A program made the translations under genes and the position numbers. From Nemertoderma westbladi (taxonomy: Eukaryota > Animalia > Xenacoelomorpha), in NCBI GenBank assembly GCA_032718475.1, contig JAUCBJ010001547.1:1-32129 (forward strand): 32,129 nt of DNA, in the 5' to 3' direction. Shown one piece after another: positions 1 to 12,700 of the stretch. The notes beneath the pieces were generated by a model. That model was not told where the DNA came from. It ran no database searches and was given only the letters and a program-made list of their open reading frames with translations. Each line of letters starts with the position of its first letter. Positions within the stretch are counted from its first letter, which is position 1.

Positions 1-246
1 GCGCTAGAGAGTCGTCCCTCTAGCCTTCCAACTTCTTATATTATATCAAAAGGTTATATATATAATGATATCGTGTAATGAAACAATATAGGCCGTTAGG
101 TACCGGTAGGTATGTGACAGCAGTATATATATATGAACTCAATGTTGATCTAGTTGCTAGGAAACCCCCGCAGTTGCCACAGAGATCAACCAAGCAAAAA
201 CACGGGTTATCAGTGACCATTAGCCCCGAAGGGGCAGTCCGCTACA
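1..246 (-). repeat. 3' LTR of Gypsy element (truncated by window edge)
   Basis: Appears identical to 4141-4386; ends in GCTACA. Confidence 0.95.
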
Positions 247-250
247 CCAC

Positions 251-3200
251 CTAGTGATAAACCCAAGGTGTTTTGGTTCCTGTAAAACGCGTGGGCTGTT
301 GTGAAACGCGTCCAGATCGAGTTGTTACGGCGGGTCGCGGTTGAACAGTTTGTTCCGGTGTACAGGGTGGGTTTTGGGTGGTGGTATCCACCAGGGTGGG
401 TGTGTCGTCCACGAAAGCTTGCTTCAGGCGGTCGACAGAGACGTTGGTCGAACGACCGTTGACAGACAGTGTGTAAAACTTGTCCGCCCGTGCCAGAACG
501 CGGAAGGGGCCGTCGTACTGACACTGCAGAGGGCCTTTGTGGGCGTCATGGCGGACAAAGACGTTGTCCGTTCGCAGCAGGTCAGACGGGACGTGTGTGT
601 GGCGGTGTTCCTGGCCATGGCTGGTCGTTGGTGTTGCGCGAAGGCGGCGCATCGAGTTCCTGAGGCCAGTGATAAACTCGCCGTGGTCGGGACGAGTGTC
701 GCTCGAGAGTTCGGAGGATGAGAAGAACTCTCCGGGGAGGCGAATCGTTGTCCCGTAGAGGAGTTCGGCTGATGTGCAGCCGAGGTCTTCTTTCGGGGTA
801 GTCCGTATCCCGAGGAGGACGATCGGGAGTTCATCCACCCAGTTCGGGCCGCGGAGGCGAGCTTTAAGGGACGCCTTAAGCTGCCGGTGGAATCGTTCCA
901 CGATGCCGTTGGACTGTGGGTGGTAGGCTGTGGTGTGGTGGGCGTGGGAGCCGAGCAACTCGTTGAGGGAGGCCCACAGTTCGGACGTAAACTGGGATCC
1001 ACGGTCCGACGAGATGTGTGCCGGGACGCCGTAGTGGGCCACCCAATGGGCGAGCAGTGCACGGGCGCAGGAGACAGTGGTGGAGTCAGCCATTGGGACG
1101 GCCGTGGGCCATCGAGTGAATCGGTCTACAATGGTAAACAAGTAACAGGCGCCTTGAGAAGGAGGAAGGGGACCCACGATGTCGACGTGGATCTTCTCAA
1201 AGCGTCTGTCTGGGGTTTCAAAACGTTCGAGTGGGGCGGAGATGTGGCGCTGAGTTTTAGCCCACTGGCAACCGACGCACTCCTTGGCCCACTTCCCGAC
1301 ATCGCGGTGTAAACCGTGCCAGACGAAACGTTTGGCAATGAGGCGGCGGGATGAACGTATTGAGGGGTGGGAAAGGTCGTGGATGGCGTTGAAAATCCGG
1401 CGACGCCATTGGTCCGGAATGATCGGACGTGGGCGGGAGGTGGACACGTCGCACAACACGGAAAATGTACCATTGTCTACTGGGATGTCTTGTAGGACGA
1501 GGTTGGTGATTGCGGTGCGATATGCCTGTACACCAGGGTCGTTGTACTGGGCCTGGGACAATGCGGCGTAGTCGATGTGTTGGTTGGGGAGTGTCGCGTT
1601 GAGTTCGATCGGGGGATCTGCATCTGCAAGTTCGACCCGGGAGAGGGCGTCGGCCACGAAGTTCGACTTGCCTTCAATGTGTCGGATGTCGGTTGTAAAT
1701 TCCGACACGAACGCTAGGTGGCGCTGTTGACGTAGCGACCAGCATTCTGAGGCACTGCTGAAAGCGAAGGTTAGTGGTTTGTGGTCCGTGTAGGTGTGGA
1801 ATCTACGTCCCTCGAGGAAGTACTGAAAGTGCCTGATCCCCAGATACATTGTGAGGAGTTCGCGATCGAACGCGCTGTATCGGGTTTCGGCGGGTCGCAG
1901 TTTCCGGGAGAAGAAAGCGACGGGGCGCCAGAGTCCGTCGAGGAACTGCTCGAGGACTCCGCCAACCGCCTTGTCGGAGGCGTCCACGGTGAGGCTGGTG
2001 GCGGCGGAGTGACTCGGATGGACGAGGAGAGTTGCGGAGGCCAACGCGGTCTTGGCGTTCTCAAACGCCGACTCCATGGCGGGTGTCCAGTTAAGGGACT
2101 TCGCGGTCGAAGCGAGTGCACTGTGGAGTGGATGGAGCAACTCCGCGGCCTGGGGGATGAAACGATGATAAAAATTTATCATCCCAACGAATTGTTGGAG
2201 GCCCTTCTTGTCGGCTGGGCGGGGAAACTCCGCGATGGCCTCGACCTTCTCTGGGATTGGCGTTGCACCGGAGGCGGAGATGTTGTGTCCCAGGAAGGTG
2301 AGTGAGGCGACACCGAAAACGCACTTTGATACGTTTATGATTAGTCCATGAGCAGTGAGGCGTTCGAACAACAATCGGAGGTGTCGGAGGTGCTCTTCGG
2401 GGCTGGAACTCGCGACAAGGATGTCGTCGAGGTAAATAAACGCAAAATCGAGCTCCCGGCAGACATTATCCATGAGTCTCTGGAAAGACTGAGCAGCGTT
2501 ACGGGTTCCAAAAGGCATCCGGCGGAATTCGAATAAACCGAATGGAGTGATCACTGCGGTCTTTGGGATGTCCTCCTCGGCAACCGGGATTTGATGGTAT
2601 CCCCGGACCAGGTCTACCTTTGAATAGATTGTGGTGCCGGCGAGTTGGGAGGAGAAATCCTGGAGGTGTGGAATGGGGTATCTGTCGGGGATTGTCGCGT
2701 CGTTGAGTTGGCGGTAGTCTCCGCAGCGGCGCCAACCGCCGTTCGGTTTAGGGGCGAGATGGAGCGGGGATGCCCAGGTACTCGAGGAGCGGCGGATGAT
2801 CCCCATCTGCTCCATCTGCTCGAATTCGCGCCGAGCAATGGCGAGTTTCTCGGGGGAAAGTCGACGAGGCCGAGCGTAAACCGGCTGCCCTTTCGTGGGT
2901 ATGTGATGTTCCACGCCGTGTTTGGTGCTCGGCTGCGAAAAACAGGGTTCTGTTAGAGTGGGGAACTCTGACAAGAGTTTGTTGTACATATTGTCGGTTT
3001 GGTCGATGGAATGGAGGCCAGGAGCGACAGTATCGGCAAGACGTGCCGGTGTACTGGTGAAGGTCTTCGCATCGATTATACGTTGCCCCTTTATATCGAT
3101 GAGCAGTCCGTTGTTGCGGAAAAAGTCGGCGCCGAGAATCGGCTGTGAAACGTCGGCGAGGGTAAACTTCCAGTTCATCCGGCCCAGATTCAAGTTTAGC

Positions 3201-3445
3201 GGGATTTCCCGAGTTCCGAAAGTCTTAATTGGGCTGCCGTTTGCTGCGACGAGGGAAACGGTTGGCGTGTTGAGGCGCCGTTCTCGTGGGGAGGCGGGGA
3301 AAACGCTGAGTTCGGCCCCGGAGTCGACAAGAAACCGTAGACCAGCGTTCCGGTCCCAGACATAGAGGAGGCGACTTGTACCGTCTCGACCAGCGGCACT
3401 CGCCGCCATTAGTGGCTGGTCGGGCCGTTTCCCGAGAAGGAACAC
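251..3445 (-). CDS. pol: Pol polyprotein (protease, RT, RNase H, integrase), probably expressed by -1 frameshift from gag
   Basis: Protease LVDSGA; [22 protein letters not shown]; RNase H VDAS, TDHKPL; integrase H-x3-H..C-x2-C, HVDIVGP, SDRGSQF, VERFHR; GPF motif; uninterrupted 1064 codons. Confidence 0.95.
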   Translation of the reverse strand: MFLLGKRPDQPLMAASAAGRDGTSRLLYVWDRNAGLRFLVDSGAELSVFPASPRERRLNTPTVSLVAANGSPIKTFGTREIPLNLNLGRMNWKFTLADVSQPILGADFFRNNGLLIDIKGQRIIDAKTFTSTPARLADTVAPGLHSIDQTDNMYNKLLSEFPTLTEPCFSQPSTKHGVEHHIPTKGQPVYARPRRLSPEKLAIARREFEQMEQMGIIRRSSSTWASPLHLAPKPNGGWRRCGDYRQLNDATIPDRYPIPHLQDFSSQLAGTTIYSKVDLVRGYHQIPVAEEDIPKTAVITPFGLFEFRRMPFGTRNAAQSFQRLMDNVCRELDFAFIYLDDILVASSSPEEHLRHLRLLFERLTAHGLIINVSKCVFGVASLTFLGHNISASGATPIPEKVEAIAEFPRPADKKGLQQFVGMINFYHRFIPQAAELLHPLHSALASTAKSLNWTPAMESAFENAKTALASATLLVHPSHSAATSLTVDASDKAVGGVLEQFLDGLWRPVAFFSRKLRPAETRYSAFDRELLTMYLGIRHFQYFLEGRRFHTYTDHKPLTFAFSSASECWSLRQQRHLAFVSEFTTDIRHIEGKSNFVADALSRVELADADPPIELNATLPNQHIDYAALSQAQYNDPGVQAYRTAITNLVLQDIPVDNGTFSVLCDVSTSRPRPIIPDQWRRRIFNAIHDLSHPSIRSSRRLIAKRFVWHGLHRDVGKWAKECVGCQWAKTQRHISAPLERFETPDRRFEKIHVDIVGPLPPSQGACYLFTIVDRFTRWPTAVPMADSTTVSCARALLAHWVAHYGVPAHISSDRGSQFTSELWASLNELLGSHAHHTTAYHPQSNGIVERFHRQLKASLKARLRGPNWVDELPIVLLGIRTTPKEDLGCTSAELLYGTTIRLPGEFFSSSELSSDTRPDHGEFITGLRNSMRRLRATPTTSHGQEHRHTHVPSDLLRTDNVFVRHDAHKGPLQCQYDGPFRVLARADKFYTLSVNGRSTNVSVDRLKQAFVDDTPTLVDTTTQNPPCTPEQTVQPRPAVTTRSGRVSQQPTRFTGTKTPWVYH
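3387..3433 (-). promoter_or_regulatory. -1 ribosomal frameshift signal (G GGA AAC plus downstream stem-loop)
   Basis: GGGAAAC at 3433-3427 is in the correct gag frame within the gag/pol overlap, followed by a CGACCAGC...GCTGGTCG stem (3422-3387). Confidence 0.8.
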
Positions 3446-4071
3446 GGGGCCTTACAGTTCTTCGCTTTCGCACCGTACTTGGCGTGGTACCAGCATAAGG
3501 TCGAGGAAGTCGAGGACCGTGCTGGCATATCGCGTCCCCCGTCGCTGCGGTGGGGGCGACTGACTCCGAAAGCGGGAGGTTGTTGGGCCTTGGTCTCGAC
3601 AACGGCGTCGGCGGCTTCCGCGAGTTCGCGAACGTCAGCAATTTTTAAGGCGGAAACCATTAGCCGGACATCGTCTGGAAGTTGCTGAAGAAACAGTTGG
3701 CGGAACAGTTGATCCACGGGGTTGTTGCCGTTTAATGCCAGCATGTAGTCCAGCAATTCTGTAGGTCGTTTGTCGCCGAGTCCAGGAAGGTTTAATAGTT
3801 TAGAGGCCTTCTGCTCCGGTGTCAGGCCGTAACACCGCAGGAGAGCCGCCTTCAGGAAATCATATTTCCCGGTGGTTGGGGGGTTCGAGATCGTCGCTAC
3901 CATCCGACTGGCCACGGTTTGTTCCAGCGCGGCGACGACGTAGAAATACCGCGTTTCGTCAGTGGTGATGGCGCGGGTAGCGAATTGGGCCTCGGCCTGG
4001 AGGAACCACACGTGCGGTTCGAGGGGCCAAAACGTTGGTAGTTTTAGTGATACCGCGTTTTGTTCTGCCAT
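3409..4071 (-). CDS. gag: Gag, 220 aa, with C-terminal C-x2-H-x9-C-x3-C motif
   Basis: KLPTFW...[10 protein letters not shown]-terminus and [18 protein letters not shown], typical of CsRN1-like Gag. Confidence 0.92.
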   Translation of the reverse strand: MAEQNAVSLKLPTFWPLEPHVWFLQAEAQFATRAITTDETRYFYVVAALEQTVASRMVATISNPPTTGKYDFLKAALLRCYGLTPEQKASKLLNLPGLGDKRPTELLDYMLALNGNNPVDQLFRQLFLQQLPDDVRLMVSALKIADVRELAEAADAVVETKAQQPPAFGVSRPHRSDGGRDMPARSSTSSTLCWYHAKYGAKAKNCKAPCSFSGNGPTSH

Positions 4072-4111
4072 CGCGATCGTGACGTTGGTTGTTCCGGTTA
4101 TCGGGTGGTAG

Positions 4112-4132
4112 CAAATCTCGTCCGGGTCACCA
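4112..4132 (-). promoter_or_regulatory. Primer-binding site, tRNA-Trp-like
   Basis: TGGTGACCCGGACGAGATTTG starts 1 nt after the 5' LTR and closely matches the complement of the metazoan tRNA-Trp 3' end as recalled (TGGTGACCCCGACGTGATTTG). Confidence 0.85.
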
Positions 4133-4133
4133 A

Positions 4134-4386
4134 TGTGGGAGCGCTAGAGAGTCGTCCCTCTAGCCTTCCAACTTCTTATATTATATCAAAAGGTTATATA
4201 TATAATGATATCGTGTAATGAAACAATATAGGCCGTTAGGTACCGGTAGGTATGTGACAGCAGTATATATATATGAACTCAATGTTGATCTAGTTGCTAG
4301 GAAACCCCCGCAGTTGCCACAGAGATCAACCAAGCAAAAACACGGGTTATCAGTGACCATTAGCCCCGAAGGGGCAGTCCGCTACA
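4134..4386 (-). repeat. 5' LTR of Gypsy element, 253 bp, TG...CA
   Basis: TGTGGGA...GCTACA; direct repeat of 1-246. Confidence 0.95.
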
Positions 4387-4700
4387 GTATCTAGTAAAAT
4401 ATACACATTTTAGAGCAAAATTAAAATGTTGGCACGGGCGGAACTCTAGCCAAATTTTTATAAGCTATTTTTTCTCGATTAATTTATGATTATTAATGTT
4501 ACATTTCATTCATTTCATTCCCGGATTTGGCCCCGGTGGCTTTAATTGAATTAAAATGTTAAAACCAAATATATAAAACGTCACATGACCGGTACTATAA
4601 ATATTACAAAACATGACCGGTATATATAGACGATAAAATATTGCAAAACACATAAAACAGCAGAATATTATACTATACATACTTTGCTCTATCGATAGAA

Positions 4701-4805
4701 TAAAATATTTAGGGTTGCACAATATAATATATATTTTGTCCCAAGATCGTTAAAATATTTAGGGTTGCAGAATATAATATATATTATTTTTTGTCCCAAG
4801 ATCGT
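4701..4805. repeat. ~50-bp tandem duplication
   Basis: Two copies of TAAAATATTTAGGGTTGCA.AATATATAATATA...TTGTCCCAAGATCGT. Confidence 0.85.
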
Positions 4806-4869
4806 GGTCGGAATTCTAAACGATCTATTATTGTTTTTCCTAAGTTCCACACCAGTGTATGTGTTGCTT

Positions 4870-6248
4870 CTAAACTATTTGCCACCTGGGTTGAAAATAT
4901 TCAACTAACACGTCATGTTTTACGTTGAAATTATACTTGGGTTTATTTAAAACTACCTGCATATATAGTGCGTCAAAGTGAATGCTGAAACATGTGTTAA
5001 TTAAGTCGTGTTTTCCTTCCTGTTTTTTCTGATAAATGATCTGTTTAATTTTGTATTGATTAATTGAGAGTGCTTCTAGCGATGGAATTCCAAGTTGAAA
5101 TGCGTATCTGCTGTAATCTTGTAGCATTAAATCTTTCGATATTCCCGCTATGTGGTGAGAAAGGAAGTAATAAGAGAGATAGATCCCCTTGGTATTAGAA
5201 TTGAATGCGCTGTAATTAGAGCGAAGACTTGCTGACTTTAGAAGAAATTTGGAATGAGGAATGTACTATCTATTGTTTGGTTGGATACATAGTTTTTGAC
5301 AGATAGTATGCTTCTCAGTGCTTTATACCAGGTTATTTTAATATCTTCTATAATGTTACTTGGAATGCAAGCACATCCATAAAGTGCTGATGGTAAGCAG
5401 ACCGTATTCCATATCAGTCTAGTAATATCAAATGGAACATTGTCAGCTCCAAACCCATTCTTCTGTAATTGGTGCAGATTTCCCCATATGCGCTTGGTGT
5501 AATGGTCTCTTAACTTCCAGTTTTCTGCTGGTAGAGGAAGACCCAAGAAAGAAATAAAATTCGATTGAATGATAGCAGTGCCACTCTCCAAGTACACTTG
5601 TTCATCTTTACGTGGAATCATTCCAGATGGGATCTCAAGTTTCGTGTAGCTTGTGACAAACCATGTTTTTCTCAAATTTAATCTCAGGTTGTGCTTTTTG
5701 AAATAACTTTCACAAGTAGTTAGCAAGAACTGTGCGTCGTTTTTGAGGTTAGCCATAATAATTAAATCATCCGCATATGCTAGCATTGGAAATGATATTT
5801 TATTTAAGTGCAGTCCTTTCCCGGATTGTTCGAGTGCTTCGACTAGGTCTCGCATGTAAAAATTAAAGAGGAATGCAGAGATGATCCCTCCCTGGCGTAC
5901 TCCCTTCTTTAACACAATAGATTGTCTGGATATAATGTTATTCAGGGCTATAAATGCTTTTGACTGGTAGTAATAAGATGCTAAAGTTAAAAGGATTGAT
6001 TTGTCGATGTTGGTGTTCTCCAATTTGTCGAAGAGGGTCTTGTAAGATACAGTGTCAGAAGCTGATGAAAGGTCTAGGGATATAATATACACGTTTGATC
6101 CATGGGAATTGAAATGTTTTGTTAATCTGATTGCTAGGATGTATGGCAACTCTGTGCTTTGTCCACTTCTGTAGCCCATTTGAAGATCACTAAGTCTGAT
6201 CTTTTTTATTTCATTCACTATTAGTGATGTTATGTTACACAACATCAT
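4870..6248 (-). pseudogene. 5'-truncated non-LTR retrotransposon (LINE) reverse transcriptase; open 5238-6248, disrupted C-terminus to ~4870
   Basis: QMGYRSGQST, SLDLSSASDTV, KGVRQGGIISAFLF, LAYADDL, FLG motifs. Confidence 0.88.
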
Positions 6249-7719
6249 CTACATTTATTATAGTACGCATAATTAATGTATTTATTCTTTAATTAAATTT
6301 GTCTGGATTAATTTACGAGTCATTGTAGCTAGGAACTAGGAGCTAGAAGTTTGTAATAAATTTTTAGCTACTTTTAGCTTTTAGCTAATTTTTTAAAATA
6401 TAGAGTAAAATAAATAAGATAAATTATATACATTTTTTAATTTAACTATTTTTGAATATTTTAATGTTTTTTTGTGTATAGTGATCCCGAAGTACTATTT
6501 AAATTTTTCGAAAAATGTCTAGAACAAAAAAAGTGTTCCAGAACCTTAACTGATAGATAATATGTTCTAGAAAACTTAAAAAGAAGTACCAAAAACTAGC
6601 TCGTCTTTAAAAATCATTTTTTTTAAATAACATGTTCTAGAAAAAATGATGTGTTCCTAGAACATTAATATTTTTTTAATTGATATCTATTAATTGTGTT
6701 CTAGAACATTTGCTGCCATGTAATATTTATAATTTATATTATAATAATTGTAAAAACGAGCTATATTATAGTATAAAAAGTCTGGTCTAAGGGTACGTTA
6801 CCCAATGTCTTGTAATGTCAACAATTCCCGATGTTTGCGAAATTCGCGAATTTCACGACGTTTGCGAAATTCGCGACGAATCCATCAGTTTTTGTGCCCT
6901 AATGCAAATGTGTTTAATGGTAAGGGGACTATTATGCCAAATCAATTTTTTATTTATAAAGCTACTATCTGAAACTTTAACACAATGATCTGTAATCTTT
7001 AACTACAGTAAGATAACGGGAGTATGGACAGCTTCGTAAACCAGTTTGTTCAAAAAATATGGCACTTTTTGTTCAGGTCGGATTTTTTCGAACATTTTGT
7101 AAATTTTGAGGCATTTATATGTAAAATATATCATGTTTAAGATCTGTAATATCACCTGGGTTGAAGTTCTTGACCCAAGACTTTGGCAAAATGGACCTAG
7201 TGCAGTGTCCATATATATTAGGGGTCATCTCATCAAACCCGAATTGACTCACCACTAGATGGCTTAGGACATACTACTACTAGGTATGGCATTTCTAAGA
7301 ATGCTGTGCTGACTGACTTGTCGACAAAATTGCGCTGCCACAACTCCCTATCACCCATGACATTTGCAAGATCAACCGCATTTCTAAGGCCAGTGTCCTT
7401 TATGATGCCAAGATGCGTCTCAAGAAAATCATGGGCTGTCCACCATGCTTATGGTGCGTATGGCACCATGATTTGAATTCTCTTGCTTTAGCTGTTGTAG
7501 ATGAATTTATGTATTTAGGACATATAATTTCCTCGGATTTCTGTGAGTGATATCTTTTCAACAGCTTTTGTTCTACAATTTATGGTTGTACTTTGTGGTC
7601 CGAAGTGAAATTTACAGTCTATTTTTAATAAGCTCTGTGTTGGTCTACACAGAGCCATGATATTTTTATTTTGCATTAAATTATATAATAGTGAAACAGA
7701 GACCAAAAACAGCAGAAGC

Positions 7720-8062
7720 ACGATGCTTTTAAATTACAACATCAGATCCATTAGAGAAGTCGTTAGGCGTTCCCAAGTTAGTCTACATAGAATATTAGAC
7801 CAGGCAACCAATAAAATAGTTTCAATGATTCGTGCTGTTTCTCGTCCTGTATCTACAATTTTTGCTACTTTTAATAGAATGAGTCGTGCTTAAGGTTAAT
7901 TGTATGTTTAGCCTATTGCATCTGCTTTTATCTTTATTTTTATTTATTTTATTTAAATTCAATTCAATCATATTTATACCTATTTTGGTGCTTTTAATTA
8001 GTTACTCTATTTGTTTTTTTTAGATACCGCATTTTTTGCTGAAATAAAATAATAATAATAAT
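7720..8062 (+). mobile_element. Possible LINE 3' end fragment
   Basis: ORF tail resembling the C-terminus of some LINE ORF2 proteins, followed by an AT-rich UTR, AATAAA and a (TAA)n tail at ~8043-8062. Confidence 0.3.
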
Positions 8063-8232
8063 CGTAATAGTGATATTTATTTATTATTAATTCACGGTGC
8101 ACCATTTTTAATTGTATGTTAAACCTTATTGTCTTAATTGTATTGTTCTGATTGGTGGTGGGATGCTGGTGCAGTTTTATATTTAGTTTTATAGCAATTT
8201 CATATTAATATTATTAATCTTTATTACTAATT

Positions 8233-8285
8233 AAAAAAAAAAATAAAAAAAAAAAAAAAAAATTATAATTATAAAATATTAATAA

Positions 8286-8320
<35 letters not shown>
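8233..8320 (+). repeat. Two poly(A) tracts
   Basis: A-runs at 8233-8262 and 8291-8320. Confidence 0.85.
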
Positions 8321-8322
<2 letters not shown>

Positions 8323-9039
8323 GTGATATTTATCAAACTACCAAAAAAGGTAAAATAATTTTTTTTGAAGATTTTGTAAATCTTCGAAAATTTAACTTCA
8401 TACTTAATACCTAGAGAGCCCATAAAGTAAAGGGGGCATCCAGATTGAATTTTAAACATCCATAACATTTTGAATTTTCCTCCCCCATAACGCGAAATTG
8501 AAGATGAAGTTCACATTAGTAAGTTCATGTTAGGATTTTTTTTTCTATTAGAAATTTTTCTTATTTTTTTAATAATTTTCTTCTTTTAACTTGGGCTTTT
8601 TTGTTGCTTATGGCTATGTAAAAGGAGATGGCACAAAATAGTGCATGCTATTCAGGGCCAATTTCCCCGGATGGTATTACTGTGATTGGCTAGATTGGCT
8701 GGATCGATGGAGGATTTCTCATGGTCATTGATTACAGAGAGGTTGCTGTGGATGATGCATACTTGCAATAGAATTCCAAAAACTTCCAATATAATTTACG
8801 AATGCAGTGGATGTATGTTGATCAAGTTGTGTCTGAAGTGAAGATGTTACATCCATATGAGATCAAAGACAATACTTTAACAAGCCATAGCTTTCTTGAG
8901 AGAGTCGTCTTGAACTTCACTTTTATCACTACCGATGCCTTTCCTATAGAAATAATTGTATTGGCCACTGGGGTTGATATTCTTTTAAAGGATTGACACT
9001 CAGTGGGGGAACTGTTATAAAGACTAATACATTGGGATG

Positions 9040-10565
9040 AGAGAATCGTTCTCCATGGTCTCCATGGTTAAGCGTGAACAGGATGAGGTGAAGATTGTAG
9101 GACAACTATAGGTAGATCACAACATAAAATTCTACTCAAGAAAGTCATTGGCTGTCTACCATGCTTATTCACTACATGGGGTCTCCAAAGCACGAGATTA
9201 TGTCCTATAACTAATCAAGTCCTTATGACTAATAAAAACCTGCAAAGATGTATAGAGTCTGACTGGAGATGTGTTCATTGTACATGACACAATGAACACG
9301 ACATATAATTCTTGTATATGTGCCATCAAGAGATTTAGCGTTGTCTGCAGTTAAAGCCCAGCATGGATTCCTATATAAGAAGTACTGGTTCTACTTCTGT
9401 CCTAAATACTAACCTTTGTATACTAATACTAACCTATTCCATATTATTCTACGTGACTTCCAAATCCTGGACTGACTATTTAATGCTGACTGTGATTTCC
9501 CCTTACGTTACGTATACATAATATCCATAGAACTTCAGCTGACTTTTGTATCATTATCCCAAGTAGCAGAAGTCATCCACAAGCTCAAGCAAGCCATCCT
9601 TAGAGCTCATATCATATCCTTATTATCTATCATTTATTGAGGGCTGTAAACGTTCACTGTCAAAATGTTGGTCCTAATTGAGTTTACAAAATAACGAACA
9701 TTGGAAGCAATCAGATCCAATTAACAGAGGAGTGTTTGTGATCCATCTAGAGATTCTGATAGTATACCTAAGTCATCAGCAAAGTCTAGATCAGTAATGT
9801 ACTTGGCTGGGTTCACGCCTGGATTAAGATGGTCTAAGGACATGTGTAGAACATAATAACAGCAATTATGAATAAGAATGATGTTCAAGTGTGTCATCCT
9901 GAAGGACTCCCCATAATACTGTCATGATCAGCAGTAGTCATAAATGTTGTAGAACCATTGTACAGAGATATGATAGTTCAGAATCCCATATGCTGCAAGT
10001 ATGCTTGAAATATGGTGTTGGCAGTTAAAGAAAGGCTTTAAAGAAATCAATATTAAGACATTATAGACCTCACCTCTATCTTTCTTCAATCAATATCAAT
10101 ATATATATTTATTAGCCTTTAAAACTTGTACCAGCATACTGATTCAAGGCAGTTAACATGCATATTGCACTATACATAAAACTGATAATAAAAAAAGGCC
10201 CAAGTCGAAGGGCAAAAATTGGTTTAACCAATTCGTGAAATGGACCGGTATATCTACTGTACAGTACTTACCATATCGCAATATAAATAAACCTTTACCT
10301 GTAAATCAATAGTTAAGACCAGGCCTATTCATACATTCGCAAGCAAAGAAACAAAACGCACAACATCCAAGAAAAAATAAGAAAATATTGGAATCATAAT
10401 ATTTAAGGGTAAATCTACTTACTTACTCATTCACGTCCATAATCTAGTCTACACACTCCCATGTAACAGTCCCTCAATAGGATCCTTGATGTTATTTAAT
10501 ATAATTATATTGTATAGATTTCCAGCAATTGAGATTAACGAAATTCCATGAAATGATCCACAGGA
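9040..10565 (-). pseudogene. Highly decayed LINE (RTE-like) reverse transcriptase, 3' part
   Basis: Manual minus-strand translation gives collinear remnants: CGSFHGISLISIAG (~10515-10560), IDFFKA (~10040), LAAYGI (~9990), GVLQDDT (~9900), PAKYITDLDFADDL (~9770-9810), VDDFCYLG (~9560-9580), VEPVLL (~9385). Confidence 0.75.
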
Positions 10566-10705
10566 TGCTTCATTGCTTTTATTTGGGACAGAGGCCAAAA
10601 TGTTTTAATTTCTACAGGGGCTCTCTTTGTGGGGCGAGCCACGAAGTTGGCGGAGCCTTAGCGAATTGACACTGTTAGGGGGTGGGTCAATTTATGCAAA
10701 TAGTT

Positions 10706-10770
10706 GTCGTCGTCGTCGTCGTCGTCGTTGTCGTCGTCGTCGTTGTCGTCGTCGTCGTTGTCGTCGTCGT
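10706..10770. repeat. (GTC)n microsatellite with GTT interruptions
   Basis: Directly visible. Confidence 0.95.
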
Positions 10771-10799
10771 TACGATTTTGACATGCTAATAACTTTGTC

Positions 10800-12700
10800 G
10801 GATTTAAAGCTGCCAAGTTGAAAATTTGTAGGTATCAATATGAGCAAAAGTTGAGATTTTTGAGAGACTTTCAGACACCATCAGTGCAATGGTCTCCCGC
10901 TAGAGGGCCACATGTCTAAACATTAAATGGCCACCCATTTCTTTGCTTTTAATCCGTTTAAGCTGAAACTTGGGAAGTATGTACTAGACCATTAGCTGTA
11001 AATTTCAAAGGAGGCTAATCTGTCTGCAGTTCTCCAGTCTACCGCTAGAGGGCGAAATGTCCCGAATGTGAAATTATTCTTCCATTTAGTTGTTTATGAT
11101 CTGATTACGCTGAAACTTGTCATATATGTACTAGATGACATCCTGAGTCTTTGTGTGGATTGTAATCGGTCCGAAGTTTTCCAGTCTCCCGCTAGAGGGC
11201 CACATGTCTAAACATTAAATGGCCACCCATTTCTTTGCTTTTAATCCGTTTAAGCTGAAACTTGGGAAGTATGTACTAGACCATTAGCTGTAAATTTCAA
11301 AGGAGGCTAATCTGTCTGCAGTTCTCCAGTCTGCCGCTAGAGGGCGAAATGTCCCGAATGTGAAATTATTCTTCCATTTAGTTGTTTATGATCTGATTAC
11401 GCTGAAACTTGTCATATATGTACTAGAAGACATCCTGAGTCTTTGTGTAGATTGTAATCGGTCCGAAGTTTTCCAGTCTCCCGCTAGAGGGCCACATGTC
11501 TAAACATTAAATGGCCACCCATTTCTTTGCTTTTAATCCGTTTAAGCTGAAACTTGGGAAGTATGTACTAGACCATTAGCTGTAAATTTCAAAGGAGGCT
11601 AATCTGTCTGCAGTTCTCCAGTCTACCGCTAGAGGGCGAAATGTCCCGAATGTGAAATTATTCTTCCATTTAGTTGTTTATGATCTGATTACGCTGAAAC
11701 TTGTCATATATGTACTAGATGACATCCTGAGTCTTTGTGTGGATTGTAATCGGTCCGAAGTTTTCCAGTCTCCCGCTAGAGGGCCACATGTCTAAACATT
11801 AAATGGCCACCCATTTCTTTGCTTTTAATCCGTTTAAGCTGAAACTTGGGAAGTATGTACTAGACCATTAGCTGTAAATTTCAAAGGAGGCTAATCTGTC
11901 TGCAGTTCTCCAGTCTGCCGCTAGAGGGCGAAATGTCCCGAATGTGAAATTATTCTTCCATTTAGTTGTTTATGATCTGATTACGCTGAAACTTGTCATA
12001 TATGTACTAGAAGACATCCTGAGTCTTTGTGTGGATTGTAATCGGTCCGAAGTTTTCCAGTCTCCCGCTAGAGGGCCACATGTCTAAACATTAAATGGCC
12101 ACCCATTTCTTTGCTTTTAATCCGTTTAAGCTGAAACTTGGGAAGTATGTACTAGACCATTAGCTGTAAATTTCAAAGGAGGCTAATCTGTCTGCAGTTC
12201 TCCAGTCTGCCGCTAGAGGGCGAAATGTCCCGAATGTGAAATTATTCTTCCATTTAGTTGTTTATGATCTGATTACGCTGAAACTTGTCATATATGTACT
12301 AGAAGACATCCTAAGTCTTTGTGTGGACAGTAATCGGTCCGGAGTTTTCGAGTCTGCCGCTAGAGGGCGAAATGTAGGAAAGTGATAACCTTTGCGAATT
12401 CCTTGATCTTAATCTATTTAAGCTGAATTTTGGAATATACAGTACCGGTATGTACTAGACCACATGCCTCGTCTTTGTGAGGAAGGTGATCGATCCGTAG
12501 TTCTTTAATATGCCGCTAGAGGGCTAAATGTATGAAAGTGAAAACCTTCCAACATTTCGTTATTTATGATCCGTCAATCGGAAACTTGGTAGATATGTAA
12601 TAGACCATATGATGTGGCTTTGTAGGGAAACTAATCCTTCCTTCTTCAGTTACCCAGTCTCCCGCTAGAGGGTTAACGTTTTCCGGGAAAATCTTCTCCT
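10800..12700. repeat. Tandem array: 292-bp higher-order dimer (145+147 bp monomers), about 5 near-identical dimers plus diverged edge monomers
   Basis: CCGCTAGAGGG at 10897, 11042, 11189, 11334, 11481, 11626, 11773, 11918, 12065, 12210, 12357, 12513, 12662. Confidence 0.95.

Larger units (their letters stand above)
1..4386 (-). mobile_element. Ty3/Gypsy LTR retrotransposon, CsRN1-like lineage; full length except the outermost ~7 bp of the 3' LTR, which lie outside the window
   Basis: Direct terminal repeats at 1-246 and 4134-4386; gag with CHCC motif; pol in PR-RT-RH-INT order; tRNA-Trp-like PBS. Confidence 0.95.

Noticed and set aside
341-3688. Antisense and alternate-frame ORFs over Gypsy gag/pol
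   Set aside because: Shadow ORFs of GC-rich coding sequence
6515-6880. TGTTCTAGAACA and TTCGCGAA palindromic clusters as a MITE
   Set aside because: No definable TIRs or TSD
10627-10821. Protamine-like Arg/Cys ORF
   Set aside because: Translation of the (GTC)n microsatellite; no ATG start
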